From Botryllus schlosseri (lineage: Eukaryota): a stretch of DNA of 64,000 nt. The notes below the pieces were generated by a model. That model had not been told where the DNA came from, ran no database searches, and saw nothing but the letters and a program-made list of their open reading frames with translations. The stretch is taken from the NCBI GenBank assembly GCA_051294905.1, contig CM119385.1, positions 11,904,001-11,968,000 of the forward strand, written 5' to 3'. Of the stretch, positions 50,901 to 64,000 are shown one piece after another (position 1 is the stretch's first letter; each line of letters begins with the position of its first letter). The position numbers and the translations under genes were made by a program.

Positions 50901-53900
50901 AGTCTCGATATTGCATTCTTGCAGCCTCTACAAAATATGGAAAGTGACCCGCTACCCGTTTTGAGTCGGCGAATCCTGTTCTAGAATGAATGTCCACCGT
51001 CCAGCCAGGAAAACCTAATACCAAACATGAAAATTTCCAGTGTATCTCATATATTCAAGTGAAACAACTGGGCTAACAATATTGATTTATTTCTAGCTGC
51101 CGAGGACCTCGTAGAAAAGTCAACTCGAGCAACGAGGAGATAAATCTCGAAGAAAGAAAGCGACATTAATGACACCGGGACGAGTAAAGAACTAAAACTG
51201 CTATGATGCAAATCTGCATTGCACACTTTCGTATCGATTGCAATTGATGCCGAATCACACTTTTACATTATAAAATATAATCGCAGTAAACTACATGTTG
51301 TAGTTAGATACTTTGTCACATTTTTTTCTGTTACAAATATTATTGCATTATGACAATCACTGGCAAAACTGTTTTTCTGTTTTTTCAACATATTGCAATT
51401 CAAATAAATGCATTTCTTCAATATCTTACTGCAAAAGCGTTCATAAAACTCACAAGACGAGATGAGGAGGTCTAGTGGTTCAAACTTTTGCATCATTATA
51501 ACTTCACTAAACATTCCATGTGAGGCAGTGAATGTTAATTGTCGCAGCTCGCAATGAAACAGGTTGTTTAATTCCGATTACCACCATGTCACATACTATA
51601 CACACTAACCCTTGGTTGGTTTAGAAAATTCTGACGGATATAGATATTTGTGTTGGTGACTGACAAGAACTCATACTAGCTGATTATTTCCATGATTTGT
51701 TGGGTATACTATTGGGGCATGGAAATTTTGGAAATACCCACAACAAATCTTGCGCTCTAAAATATGAGTGAATGATCTCTCTAAGAGAGGGGAAGATAAG
51801 TGTAAAAGATGAATATATATTCAGTTTCAGGCTACATATAGATAATTCTCACAGAAATCATGTTATTTCACAATATTGGTGTGGATTTGCCAAACACTTA
51901 TACAGGCATTGTGCTGTGAAGTCGACGAAATAAAGCTCAACAGCAGGACAAAAATAGAGTGAATCCTAATATTAGCAATACTTGATGGTTCCAGATTAGT
52001 CCAGCTTCGTGAGAAATAAATCTATGAATCTTTGATTCCCTTTTAACTCCATATTTAAAAATATTCAATACTTTAATGTGGCAACCTGTGTTTATCTATA
52101 AAATTGTTATCGCTCTTCTCAGGCAGCGCCTCTAATTCATAAACTATTCAGTAAATACTTTGCTCAACAAAAAGAATTATCAAATTATTTGATAAATGTC
52201 TAATCAGGAGAGTGATAATCGTATTTCAGTCAAAACAGACTACTAGATACAATACTGATGATAGGGTTTCAATAGCGTCGTTTTCGCGACTAACTTCTAA
52301 AAAGCTTGACTATGACCAAAGGTATCCTACAACCTTACTAAATACGGCCAGATTTGATTTGCAGCCTGATTGTCTGTCCATATTGTACAGAATGTACACA
52401 GAGTAGATTAGACAACTACCAGACAGCCACACAGCCATTGCTACTGTCAATTTGAAGTCAGTTGTGACACATTGTAATAAACAGGGCTGCAACAGCCGCA
52501 TCCCCAATAGGAGGGGGCCAAAAATCATTCTATATATCTGCATAGATTTTATCAACTGTAAATACCTATGCAAAATTACATTTTCATTATAAAATAACTT
52601 AAAGGGAGTAATCTGGTCACACTGATTGATCGTTACTGTATATTCCCCAACCGATTGGAGTTCAGTATCATCAGTGTAGCTGGATATGAACAGATCATCA
52701 CATTTTAGAGTCTTACCCAACTCACAACTAACCATTTAGACGGCAATATTATAGGTTTTAGTGACTGTAACAAGAAGTAAGGCACTTCACTATAGGTTAA
52801 TATCATGACCTATTATTACCCGTCGCAAATTGATTGAATACCTCTTTGTAATCTACAGGTGACATTTTACATCATATTCCATTCATAAGAGTCGAATCAA
52901 GAGTACATTAACCTAGTACCATGATGCAATTCAGGTTGGAGAGCCTATCAATACAAAAAAGATGACACGGTGATAATTCTCAAGAGGGAAGGCCAACCCT
53001 AGAAATCACTATGGGCACTCAGCTGTACAAGAGGTTTTCAGAAAAGGTGGTAGCTTAAAATCAAGTGCTTTCCTTGTTAACATCAATTACACAGATAGCT
53101 CCATAGTATTAAGGGGGCTATTTTGCCAGCAGTCAGGATCTCAGATTGTTTTAAGCTAATATTCAAGGTGTCAAGCGGATAATTATAATTGCTGAGGTAT
53201 GGTATGTTATACTCATCAGTAAAATGACTAGGTTTTGACAAGGAATTGCTTCATTTTTTGTTACCCAAAGCGAGACCGATGTTCAATTATAAGCTAGAAG
53301 GGGTTGCTTTATAAATTTCCGTTTGCAGAACAGATTAACCAATAAGCTCATAGAGTATTCAATTGACACTGCCAGAAAAAACAAGAATGTTAAGCTTGCT
53401 GTTATGTTACGGGCAGTGCTGATCTTTGTATGGGCCAATTGTCAATTAGACCAGAGTTTCCAACCTTTTTCAACGTAAAAAATAGCCTCATTGTGCGCAA
53501 GTTGAGCAACTTTTTCGCAGAAGTACCATGTCAAATCTCCTGTGAGACCATTGCGAGCATCGTATTACCGCCATAAAGTTAGCTGAGAACTTTACTACCA
53601 ATAACGGTGTGAAATTATATTCAAATTATTGCATTATCGTTCAAAGTCAGTAAGTCGTTAACAGCTTTAGGGCACACAAGCTGGATGCAATTCAAGTTGT
53701 CCCCTGCTTGACGGTCATACTTACGCAGGTTACTTTCAGGCAGGTCCATGATTCGAGACTACTTTGTTGGAGCATTGATTTTGCACAAGTGCCACAACGT
53801 AAAGGTATGGAGTTTGCACTCGCATACCTGATTAAAATATATTACCGAATACACTCCTTTCGGGAGCCTCGCACTTTCAGAACGAATTATTTCTTCACAG

Positions 53901-56900
53901 ACGGGACACTCGTCTACAGGCTGCTGATTGCACTGTACTGCTTCAGCTCATTTCGTCTTACATTAAATCACTCGTTCCGCGTAGGCTTACTGTTAGCTGC
54001 CAAAGATCTCTGTTGAAACGTGACTACTACCCGTGGGGCCGTGGTAAGCATCTGACCCATTTTCTTCTTAGTGAAATGTCCGAAAGAACAGATGACACAA
54101 AGGAATCATCAGACAACCCCACTGTCGGTTGCCCAGTCTTATTCCACGTTGTTCTCATCTAAAATTCTGGTTTATTATTAAAGTTAGGGAGCTCAGAGCA
54201 TGTACAATCCATTTCCGGATGTTATACCAGTATAGGCCTGGCAGATTTGACACATTCGAAAGTGATTACAAGTCCAAATCGTGCATTTCCGTAATCAAGC
54301 ATCAATTATTATACCAATTAATCGTTGATCTATCGTTTTGGTATTCATTTTCATACAACAGAAGATGACGGAAGAAAGATCCCTTGACGACGTTGGAAAC
54401 ATCATTCCGTTCAAAGATAACTACAGCATCGGCATTTTCATTGCAATCATGGCCGCCGTGCTTGTCGTGGCGGTTCTCATAATATTGGCCCTCTTCTATT
54501 GGTGCCCGATGAGACTTTGGCGACAGTAAGAAAACTTCGATTTAATATTTGACAATTTTTAGTGTACTGTTTCATGTACAGAAATCACGGCAGAAGAAAG
54601 GTGCTGAGAGAAAATGAAAAAGACGAAATTACAATACTCTGACAAGGATGGACGATGGATATTCCCAATCAAGATTTGTACTTTTCGCTACATTTGCATT
54701 ACGGCAGTATTCTCTGTATCATTGACGAGCCTGTTATATTTGTTGAGACATTTTTCCCGACAGCAGAAGCAAGGGATTAAGGGCTGAAAATTTATTTTTC
54801 AGTGCTACGATTGAATTTCATACATTCGAGATCAGTTTCTGATTGTCATTTCATTTCTGTAATTCGGATTGCATCAACTACTTCTGTGTTGAGTGAGTCA
54901 CCAATTACTAGACTTGAGCAAATTCGATTCGAGTACCTAGATTCTAGCCGAGTACTGATACTCGATACTCAAGTACTCAATATTTCCCACCTTTAGCGAT
55001 TACAAATATAATGACAGACATCCGTTACCAGATCTCATGCAGGGTTAAAAATATTGGAAGACATTCACCGTTTTAATGTGGTATTTATGTGATATCTGGA
55101 GGGCAAATAGCGTATGTAATTACAGGTAACTGAGACCTTGGCAGCTTGCCACACCGTGGTAAACGTCCACTTACAATTCAATAATTATATTGGAATGTGT
55201 CACCAGTTACCGAGATCTAAATTTATTGTGGCATGGAACACCGAGATCTAGATTTATTGTGGCATGGAACAACAGTGCGCGTTGAATTTCCCCGAATCGA
55301 GTCAGTCAGGTAGGCTACTTCATATAACCAGTTATACCGAGCTAATACATACTGGTAGTTATACAAAAAATCCTGCAAGGCGTATAATTGCGGCAAAACT
55401 GCCTCAAAAATTAAAAATCTATTGAAATATTTCATCTTACTTCATTTCTTCACAGTATTTAACGATAGCGTCGAAGTTGCCCATCACAGACGTGGAGTAT
55501 TGCTTGTACGCGTCTTCTGACAACTGAAATTTGAATAATTGACGAAATAATTCATCAATTCTTGTTATTGGTAGCATTAACTAGCGAGCAACTAGGTTGC
55601 TTTTGATAAACACAATCATTATTAAACTAGATGAGTTAAAATCGTCAGCGCTTGCCTGGATTCCGAGGAAAAGCACATTCCAGAGCATTATGATATTGAA
55701 ATTGTGCCATTTGTAGGATTCAATAAATAATTATTCGTATGTATACCTTCTTTTTCTTTTGCTGTACCTCCCTTTTCAACAAAAAGTCAATCTTCGATCG
55801 ATCTTGCCTGAATGTTGCAACAGCAGAAATTACCCAAATGTAAGCGAGATGTCTCCATTCCCCAAAGCTCTAACCTACCTGGAATAGTACATACGACAGA
55901 AGGCCGGCTTTCCGTCTCTACCTGCTCGCCCAGACTCCTGATAATAATTAGCCATGGACTTCGGTATAGTCCAGTGAGCTACGAATCTAAAGTCAAATAC
56001 AACAAGGTTAGTACCATTTCAAGCATTAGGGAAATTTACACCAAAAATGGTTTATAAAGCATCAAAATGAGTGGAACGAAATACCCGTATTGCCATGTTG
56101 TTTATCAGTCAACTTGCCAAAATGTTTGAATGTTTGAAAAATACCTTGCTATTGATAGATCACAAAATGATTGCAATCAAAATTATATGATACCGTGATT
56201 ATAGAAAAATCAACTTCAGACTCCGACTACCAGTAAGCTGGTTAGTGGTTACCAAAGCAATCACATGTCTAGCCAAAATGGTTTCCCCAACAAGGATCAT
56301 TGCGCTAAGAGTAAACCTCTAAAATTATGAGTCATTGACAGATGCAGATCAACACACCTTACGCAACCCTTGTCGACACCCATCCCGAAACTAATCGTCG
56401 CTACAATGATAGTGACTGTTCCGTCCATCCATTCTTCTTGAACTTGAGTCCTTTCTTTGTCTTTCAATCCTAAATTTACAAAATAAATATCATTGACTGA
56501 GAATTGTCTAGTTATATCAACACACACCTGCATGGTACGGCTTGGCCATCAACCCTCTGCGAAGTAATTGACCGGCGACCAACGTACAATCGTCCCTTTT
56601 ATGACAGTATACTATACCACAGCCATCAAACTTCTGCAAATATATAATATCATCCATATTAATTGTAAAAGCTGCTAAACATTAGGAAACAGTCAATCGA
56701 GGCAAAAATACAGAACCTAGGAATATTACAAGTTGGATGCCTCCTGCAGTGTAGCTTATAGGGTTGGGATTTCATGATTTAATTTGAAATCCCGGGACCA
56801 GATGGTTCATATTGAGCGGCAGCTGGCAGTTACAAAGGAGTCAGAAAATTCAGTTTTTGATGACATTAATTATTCATGACTTCAACAAAACTAATCTGGG

Positions 56901-59900
56901 AGGTCTGAATCAGAGCAGGTTCCTGAGAGTTATCACAGTTATCCATGCCATCAAGTTCTAGCTTACTAGTGAGCATGAGTCATCGAGACTATACAAAAAC
57001 TATACAACAGCTAAAGTGTGCAATAACTCTCTAACCACATACCCCATCAAAGTTTTTGTTTCCCAGTGACTTCATGGCAAATTTTTTCAAATCCAAGTAC
57101 GGGTCTTGGATTATATCCTTGTATTTAACCGAATAATAGAGATTATGCCGGAACACACCGCTCCGGAAAGTGACAATGGGTTGCTTCAACTAAAAACAAA
57201 ATATCTCAGTAACGTAAAATACAGCAATCTGTGGCTATGATCATCATACATGGAGTGATGTTATGATGTCTTTTTCCACTTTGGATGTTGCTGTCGCTGT
57301 CAATGCAATGCAAGGCACCGGTGAAAGTCTTGACCTTAAAGACCCCAACTTCAAATAATCCGGCCTGTTAAAGCAATGAACAGTTAGGTATGACCCGGTA
57401 GCAAACTGGCCAGTATTTGCAATTTTCCAAAATGGATAAGGCAGAATCAGCATTGCTTTGTTGAGGAAATCATCAGAAAAATATATATGGTCAGACACCC
57501 ATCTGCGTGCCTACTCCTCAAGCTGGTTGGTAGCATAATGACCAGATTTACATATTCCTTAGCAATGAAATCATTGTGCTAAAGAGCCATGATGCCAGTG
57601 TTCCAGATGAGGTAGAATGCAAGATTGTGGCCATGTAAGCATCTGTAGTTAAATGAAAATGGATATTCCATAACAAAGAAATATATGGCATAAATTGAGG
57701 GTGCGTTCTAGGTGCGGTTTCGTGCCAAAAGTTTTTGAGTCTGATGCTGAAAACACCTCACTACGAACGCAAGGCCTGTTTTCACGACCACTACGAACGG
57801 CAAGTGTTTTGGCGATTATTTTGAGGAACTGGTCACTTGGAACAGAGACGTGATTTTGACAACCGTGATTGCCAAACCGGCGTCGAAGCTGTGTCGTTCG
57901 TAGTGCAGGCCGTGTTCCATGTGTGTACTATTACAGAGACTGTAGTCAGACAGTATAGTACTATAGTGCGCTGGCGTCCTGTAGATGCTAGATATGGTTG
58001 GTTTTGATAGTCGTTGATATACAGATAGCTTGCTTGGTTATAGTAACGTACTCTACTTTTTACAGTAATTTATGATTATTTACCATATGTGTGATCCGCA
58101 ATTAAGCAATAAGTACCGGTAGTCAAAATCAATCCACGACAGGTCCAACAAACACTAGGCTGATAATTGGGGCTTGTGAAATGCTCCATAGCAAGGGACC
58201 TGATTCAAGATCTGGATGCAGTTGATGTTTGTGGCGGCAACCACTTGGAAGAGATGCTAAAACTCATTTAAACTTGGATACTGATGTAGCTGCAACCCTA
58301 TGTTTACATCACATGCTGCTTAATTGCCAATTTTCAAATCTCAATTGTCAATTTTTACCAATGAAACCTCACAATGCTCACATCCTGCTTGTGTGTGATG
58401 CTAAACATCATTGTGTCATCTGTATCTTTCAGCCGTGAGACAAAATGGCAAAAAATCGGTTCACTGAAAGATTCGCTTTTTATTGAGCAGTTATTGAGGA
58501 AGAATGTTTTCAGTATTGCTTCAAATAGGGTCCATCATATTTGAGGATAGTTGCAACAAGGCTGTAAAAAAGGTTCCGGTAGTAAGTATGCCGACAAACA
58601 GGAAATTACTCTGCACCTTCCTTGACTCATGCCATGGATATCTCAGGCGCAGAACGTCCTGAGGCATCTGTAGTGCTGTTGTGAAAGCTGTAGTGTAGCG
58701 AGAAATTGAGCTGGTGGCTTGAAAATGTCACCATTCTTTCGGATTGATGTAATCATACTCTGTATCTCAGGTGTGAACCGAGCTATTACCAACTGCATCA
58801 CTTCCCTTTCGCTCCAAATTGTGCCCCTTGACATCTCTACACTGGTATAGCCTATTTTCAAATGTGTAAAATAAAAACACTCTGCAAAACATATATCATT
58901 ACTATATAAACTAGCGTATACTCCTGGATATACAGTGTAGGCCTATTATATATCCCTACAAACTACCATATGCAATGCATATTATACACAACATTTCCAT
59001 GACAAATCCACTCAACAGAACCACTATTCAATAACTGCCACCTCCATGACCAATATTACTAATGTCGACCCGCTCCTGCCACCTGAAACAGGTAGTTTCG
59101 CGTCAGCAACAAGCACGAAAACACAAGTTCGTAGTAGCCTGCTAGCACGAAAATTATTTCGCGTTTCGCCCCACTACGAACGCCATCCGTAGTCAAGCGA
59201 GACCCACTGCGAACGATTGGGTTTTCGAGACCATCGGCGCGAAAACTACTAGTCGGAACGGGGTAATTTTGAAACCACCACCGAAACCAGGTTCACTTCG
59301 AATGGTCGTGTTTTCGCCAGTGGTTTTGAAATCATTTCGAAAACGTCACCTAGAACGCACCCTAAGTCTCTTTTGCAAAGACAGTTTAAATGAGGTTTGT
59401 GAATTGTGAGTATGGACACTTAATTTATTATGATGTCAGAGATATTTGACACCACTATTCCGATGCCCATTTATAATGAAAGCGTTACAAATGGTCGGTG
59501 TCGACTATTAAAGTATGTTGCTAATTTTATCTTTAAAACATTGCTTTTTTTGCTACCAAGGCTTCACATAGACAGAGTAGCCCGACTAGCTTTCTCAAGA
59601 AAAATTTCCTCCCTAGGGAAATGTAATGGATAGTGATCTCTTTTTACAAGGGCCAATGTGCAATGAAGCAAAAGAGAGATTTCTTATTTCCAGGGTAGGT
59701 AAAATTGTAAGATGCTGTAATGGAATTAAATTGGGAAGGTGATACAAACGTTCAAAATTGGCTAATTCTCCGCCTATTTCATTTCTTTACATCATTTTAT
59801 GCAAGCATTCAAACACAGTTGGAGTGAATCGAATACAGTTAGTTCGATGATTGTGGAGCAAGAAAAATTGTTACGTCAGTGATATATTTATACACTGTAC

Positions 59901-61600
59901 CCCACTTCCAGGTTTTTGGTCAAAATTTACCTATCGCATTTTTCAAAATGCTGCAAAAACATCGATCACATCATAATCGGATATAAACTTTACTACAATG
60001 TGAATGAATAACAATAAATGGTAACACCTACCTGAAGTCATGTCCCCACTGGGATACACAATGTGCTTCGTCAATGACGAAAAGACTGAGTTGCTTCTTC
60101 ATCAGCAGATTATCGACAATATTAGAAAAAAATTCAGTGGCAGCCTGCTCCGGTGTGATATATAGGAGCGAAGTGCTTGGACTTTTACTGTACAAATCAT
60201 GCACAACATCACCTCGTTCAGCCTACAAATGGTAAACACAAGATATATAGATCACAGATTTTCAGATCCATAGAAATCCGGAGAAAATACAATACATGTT
60301 TGCTAGCTTCTGTACCCCAGAATCACTATTTGATATACTGAAGTTGATTAGGAATACAACAGAAATAGTTGCGTATCACCACATGTCAAATAACATGAAG
60401 GATTGGCGGTAGATGTGTTCAATATTGACATCTTCTCTCATGCATCAGATGCATATTTGCTTGAAATATCATTTGGACGTAGCCTAACCTACTGGTCCAT
60501 CATTACATTCATTAGAGTTGAAATGGTGAATTAACATTTGGGGCTGGTTTCTCTAGCAATCATAAAAACCAGAAGCCATCCACACAAAATGGACTAAACA
60601 TTGTAGCTAGTAGTAAATATTTCATCTATTAATAACAGCAAAGTTAGACCTTTACAAGCCCATCTCCAACGCTTGTATGAGGCTGTGAATCTCAACAAGG
60701 ATTACCTGAGTTTGCTTTGAATTCAAGGTTTCAGCCCGAATACCCAACTTGCGCATGTGCGAAAGTTGATCATGCATTAAGGCAAGTAACGGTGATATGA
60801 CAATAGATACACCTCCATGATAGACAGCGGGCAGTTGAAAGCAGAGGGACTTTCCAGCTCCGGTTGGCATCGATATGAAAACATCCTGTGTCCCTAAAAA
60901 CACACAGCTTGTTTAGGTCAATACATGAGTTATCGGTACGCCTAGTGCAATATATATGTAGGTCATATCAATATGTAATCTAGACTAGTTATTACTACTA
61001 AAGAATGCATATCGACCTCTGAAAATTTCAGACAGTGCCTAGACAATTACACTGGCTATTGTGCATTTCTGGCGCTTTTGAACGTCATAATTTTACCACA
61101 ACCGGAACAAGTGATAAGGAGCCAGATAATGTAGCACAAGCTGCATTGCAGATTTCGAAGGCAGGGCAGCTATTGAAGTCTGATTTTACTTATTTGTTCA
61201 CACAAATTTTCATCTCCGTTCTTCATCAAGAGCCTCAAAGGTTGGTGTTCCGAGCACTGAGTCAAACAAACAGCGATTATAGTTCAATGAAATTATTCAT
61301 AATGCTGTTTTTGTATCATTTAGCGATTTAGGTGCGTCGCAAATTTCTGATAGTTTATGAAGTGTCATAAAACGTTACAGAGTACTGGCCTGGAGTATAG
61401 GTGGTCACTGGTCATCATTTTTAGACACATTTATAGCATAGTGTTGAAACAGTTACTATACCTTTGCATACTGCTTCAATTGCCTTTCTCTGAAGGTCTG
61501 ATCTGAATTGTTGATGTCCAAAGGTTTTGTTGAGTACAGTTAACAAATGAGCTTTTTTCACAACACAATTCTTCGATGCTTTAGTATTCACGCCCGACAT
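41978..61600 (-). CDS. RECQL5: ATP-dependent DNA helicase RECQL5 (~1230 aa). Exons: 61462-61600, 60706-60893, 60032-60222, 57250-57364, 57043-57189, 56528-56633, 56358-56469, 55879-55986, 55747-55807, 55441-55523, 46846-46963, 46644-46765, 46475-46580, 45664-45860, 44582-44722, 44336-44519, 43969-44064, 42173-43595, 41978-42027 (last exon tentative)
   Basis: RecQ motifs are present: [57 protein letters not shown]. Also the Zn-binding YCEEMK|CRH...CDHC, an IRI-like [15 protein letters not shown], and an SRI-like [25 protein letters not shown]. Exon phases are consistent throughout. Confidence 0.92.
48124..48648 (+). CDS. SMIM5/18/22-family single-pass microprotein A, 90 aa. Exons: 48124-48307, 48560-48648
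   Basis: GF...[10 protein letters not shown] + TM + CECC matches the recalled SMIM18 pattern ([21 protein letters not shown]...FLYEVLDCCCC). A phase-1 GT-AG intron is followed by a Lys-rich tail. Confidence 0.75.
49454..51169 (+). CDS. SMIM5/18/22-family single-pass microprotein B, 86 aa. Exons: 49454-49641, 51097-51169
   Basis: Reads [17 protein letters not shown] + TM + [20 protein letters not shown]. The gtgagt donor and tttctag acceptor join in frame, extending the Cys cluster. Confidence 0.8.
50221..50411. mobile_element. Fold-back element family, internally deleted copy with a (TA)n junction, inserted in a Charlie-like remnant
   Basis: Both arms match 4373-5060 and the centre is replaced by tatatata. 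gatctgatttca occurs on both flanks. Confidence 0.75.
54365..54642 (+). CDS. SMIM5/18/22-family single-pass microprotein C, 73 aa. Exons: 54365-54525, 54582-54642
   Basis: Reads IIPFKDNYS + TM; a 56-nt gtaag...tacag intron; tail [18 protein letters not shown] resembles the tail of paralog B. Confidence 0.7.
57699..59362. mobile_element. PIF/Harbinger non-autonomous element with a decayed Myb/SANT-like (trihelix) ORF, in RECQL5 intron 3
   Basis: 16-bp TIR gggtgcgttctaggtg; 3-bp flanks tga/taa; actacgaacg subterminal repeats. Minus ORF 58643-58861 ([14 protein letters not shown]...IRKNGDIF) resembles the Harbinger DNA-binding ORF. Confidence 0.75.
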
Positions 61601-61779
61601 AGGGACGTATTGGAGGACGGAGGATAAAACTCTAGAAGAAAATGACCGTTTACGTTGAACTGATAAAATGAAGATAGCGCGCTCGGGCACCACGCGGTAT
61701 ATCGTACCTTCTGATAATGAACACACGATCTGACTTATTGTTCCTAGCTTGTACCGTGAAAAAGTGACTATGCCGCAAG

Positions 61780-62685
61780 CAGACTTGGACAACTAGAAAA
61801 TTTTCAGCTTTTATGAATTAGATTAGAGTTAGAATTAGAGCTCCCCAGTTTTTTTCAAACTAGATCAGAATTAGAATTAGAGCTGCAAAGTTTTTCCAAA
61901 TTAGATTAGAATTAGAATTAGAGCTACACAGCTTTTTTCAAATTAGATTAGAATTAGAATTAGAGCTACTAAGCTTTTTCCAGATTAGACTAGAATTAGA
62001 ATTAGAGCTACTTAGTTCGCAAAAACTTGGAAATTCAATGAAATTGTATATGGGAAATGCATACAGCAAATGCAGTTCACATCAAATCACAGCGCGTGGT
62101 GCAAAAGGCCGTGAGGCGATAAGCGCCACATATTTTTGTTTAATAAACAACAACAACAGTGCATTCCCATAACCATGAGAATGGTTACCTTCTGTACACC
62201 AAGCTTGGCTAGATTTTTGCTATACTTTATTAAAATATTACTTCCTTTATGGTAACCGTGGGCATCGCCCACGTTAGTCAGAATGGCGATGTACTAACGT
62301 AAAGTTTTAGAAACTATAATGTTGTTCGCAGACTACAAGCTACTCTAGCAGACTATTATTCGTCATAATATCTACTATAACTGCACGGTGTAAGTAAGGC
62401 GATGGCGGCTTGGCACTGGATTTCCCTGCAATAGTACAATATGCCTCGGCCAGAGAGGCATTTTCAGGAAAACAATAATTAGATTAGAACTAGAAGTAGA
62501 GAATACGGACATTTCACAAATTAGATTAGAATTAGAATTAGGGCATAAGAACATTTCACAAATTAGATTAGAATTAGAATTAGAGCATGGAAGCATTTCA
62601 CAAATTAGATTAGAATTAGATTACTGGGATTTCGCTCTAATTTAGTGAAATTAGACAACTAGAATTATCTAGTTGTCCAAGTCTG
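61780..62685. mobile_element. hAT MITE, 906 bp, with (aattagattagaattag)n subterminal arrays, ~180 bp upstream of the RECQL5 ATG
   Basis: TIRs cagacttggacaactag / ctagttgtccaagtctg; perfect 8-bp TSD gccgcaag. Confidence 0.92.
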
Positions 62686-63296
62686 GCCGCAAGCAACCCA
62701 AAGTCACTCCACTCAACTATCGCCAAAGTCTCTCAACAACTTGCTTCTTGCTTGACGCTCGCGCAATAATAATAATAATACTACACAGATTCTGAAATTT
62801 CGGAGTCCGACACCATCCGGCTCCGGTATTCTATTTGAAATTGCTAGCCCTTGAATCATCATCATTTTATTATTATTTTGATCAAATAAATGCACCACAC
62901 GATTGCGATATAATGACAAGATAGGAGGGTGCCGAAACGACTTCGAGTAGTCTTTTAATCAAACACACACCTCGGCCTACAGCATGTAAAGAAGGGGACA
63001 CTGGACAAAAGATAGGATAACATAAAAGTTTACGACAAAAATGAATGCCGCCTGTGTCGGTAGGCGAGGTCGATATGTCAGATGTGGTCCGGTAATCTTG
63101 AGTGTAGACTAGTATTGATTCAGTAGAAATTCTTGTATTTCAATTTGAATATGGACAATTTAGACATGCTCAACGACTGTCGGATTATAGATAACTAACC
63201 TACAGATAGATGCGCATCACGTGATTCACGGTTGAGTGATGCTACAGTCGCAGATTTGTTGTCGCTTTATCGCATGAAACGGCAACGTAATTGCTA

Positions 63297-63782
63297 ATCC
63301 CATAGATGACGACCCGAGCGCTCAAATTTATCAACGTTGCGCTGATTCTGATAATATACATTAAATTTTCATCAAGGCAATGGAACCACCCCGAAATAGG
63401 CTTCAAATCCCATAGCTGAGGACCTGAGCGCTTAAATTAAATAAAGTTGATCTTATTTGAAAGCTACTGTCGCGTTGATTCTGAAAATATACATTAAAGT
63501 TTCATTAAGGGCATGGAAACAGCGCGAAATAGCCTTCAAAGTCTGAAAATCGGCATTGCTGCCAACAATCGCAGTGACGTAGCACAATGACCATAACAAT
63601 GGCCCTTACATGGTTGCAATTGTTTGCAAGAATCCATATTTTCCGACTTTGACGTGTATTTTGAGTGGGTTCCGCTGCCCTGATCAGCTTTTAATGTATA
63701 TTTTCGAAATCAGTGCGACAGTAGCTCTCAAATAAGATCAACTTTATTTAATTTCAGCGCTGGAGCCGTGAGCTATGGGATT
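63297..63782. mobile_element. Palindromic MITE with a tandem-duplicated left end
   Basis: 63407-63511 is inverted to 63686-63782 (tcccatagct...agcgct...ttgaaagctactgtcgc). 63297-63404 repeats the left arm. Confidence 0.65.
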
Positions 63783-64000
63783 AGCAATTATGCTGCGTTC
63801 AGATTGCTGAGTAGTAATTTCCTCCGGGCAAGCAAGCGTGACGACAGGTGTTACGTATCTATCCGTAGGTTAGTTATCTATAATATAGGACACTATGGTT
63901 TCATCATAGTGTCCTATATGGTGTCGACGCAAGCAAATCTCACGCCTCAGTGAAATTGTATCACGTCACAATTTCCATTTGGCTACAGGCAATTTGACGG

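Noticed and set aside
52310-52735. 141-aa minus ORF containing SSYTDDT, vaguely like an RT YADD motif
   Set aside because: No other RT motifs were found; at best it is an extremely decayed LINE.
54035-54060. tRNA A-box-like gtggtaagcatctga
   Set aside because: No B-box or cloverleaf; at most a SINE fragment.
62828-62839. ATTCTATTTGAA, matching the first 12 nt of the recalled Ciona spliced leader
   Set aside because: The match stops at 12 nt and no GT donor follows, so this is not an SL RNA gene.

Overview
AT-rich eukaryotic (invertebrate chordate) genomic window, most likely an ascidian tunicate. The basis is vertebrate-like proteins, many ~55-65 nt introns and acceptor-like motifs just upstream of start codons; the species cannot be fixed from sequence alone. 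All exon structures were built by hand from splice signals and frame continuity, and homologies are from recalled protein sequences, not database searches. Left end, all on the minus strand in one tight tandem run: NASP (intronless CDS), a GALNT4-like gene (intronless CDS), PUDP/HDHD1 (5 exons) and the 5' exons of HERC2, which runs off the left edge. From about 15 to 31 kb lies a repeat-dense block with concentric inverted-repeat pairs (a nested-insertion structure), decayed virus/Polinton-like ORFs, and one intact 258-aa Cys/His-rich ORF inside a fold-back unit. Next come intronless STEEP1 (CXorf56) and a two-exon degenerate Ras-like protein. RECQL5 (minus strand, ~19 exons, ~42.0-61.6 kb) follows; its 8.5-kb intron 10 hosts three antisense SMIM5/18/22-family microprotein genes. 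hAT, Harbinger and fold-back MITEs with visible TSDs are scattered throughout. No rRNA, tRNA or CRISPR array could be supported.
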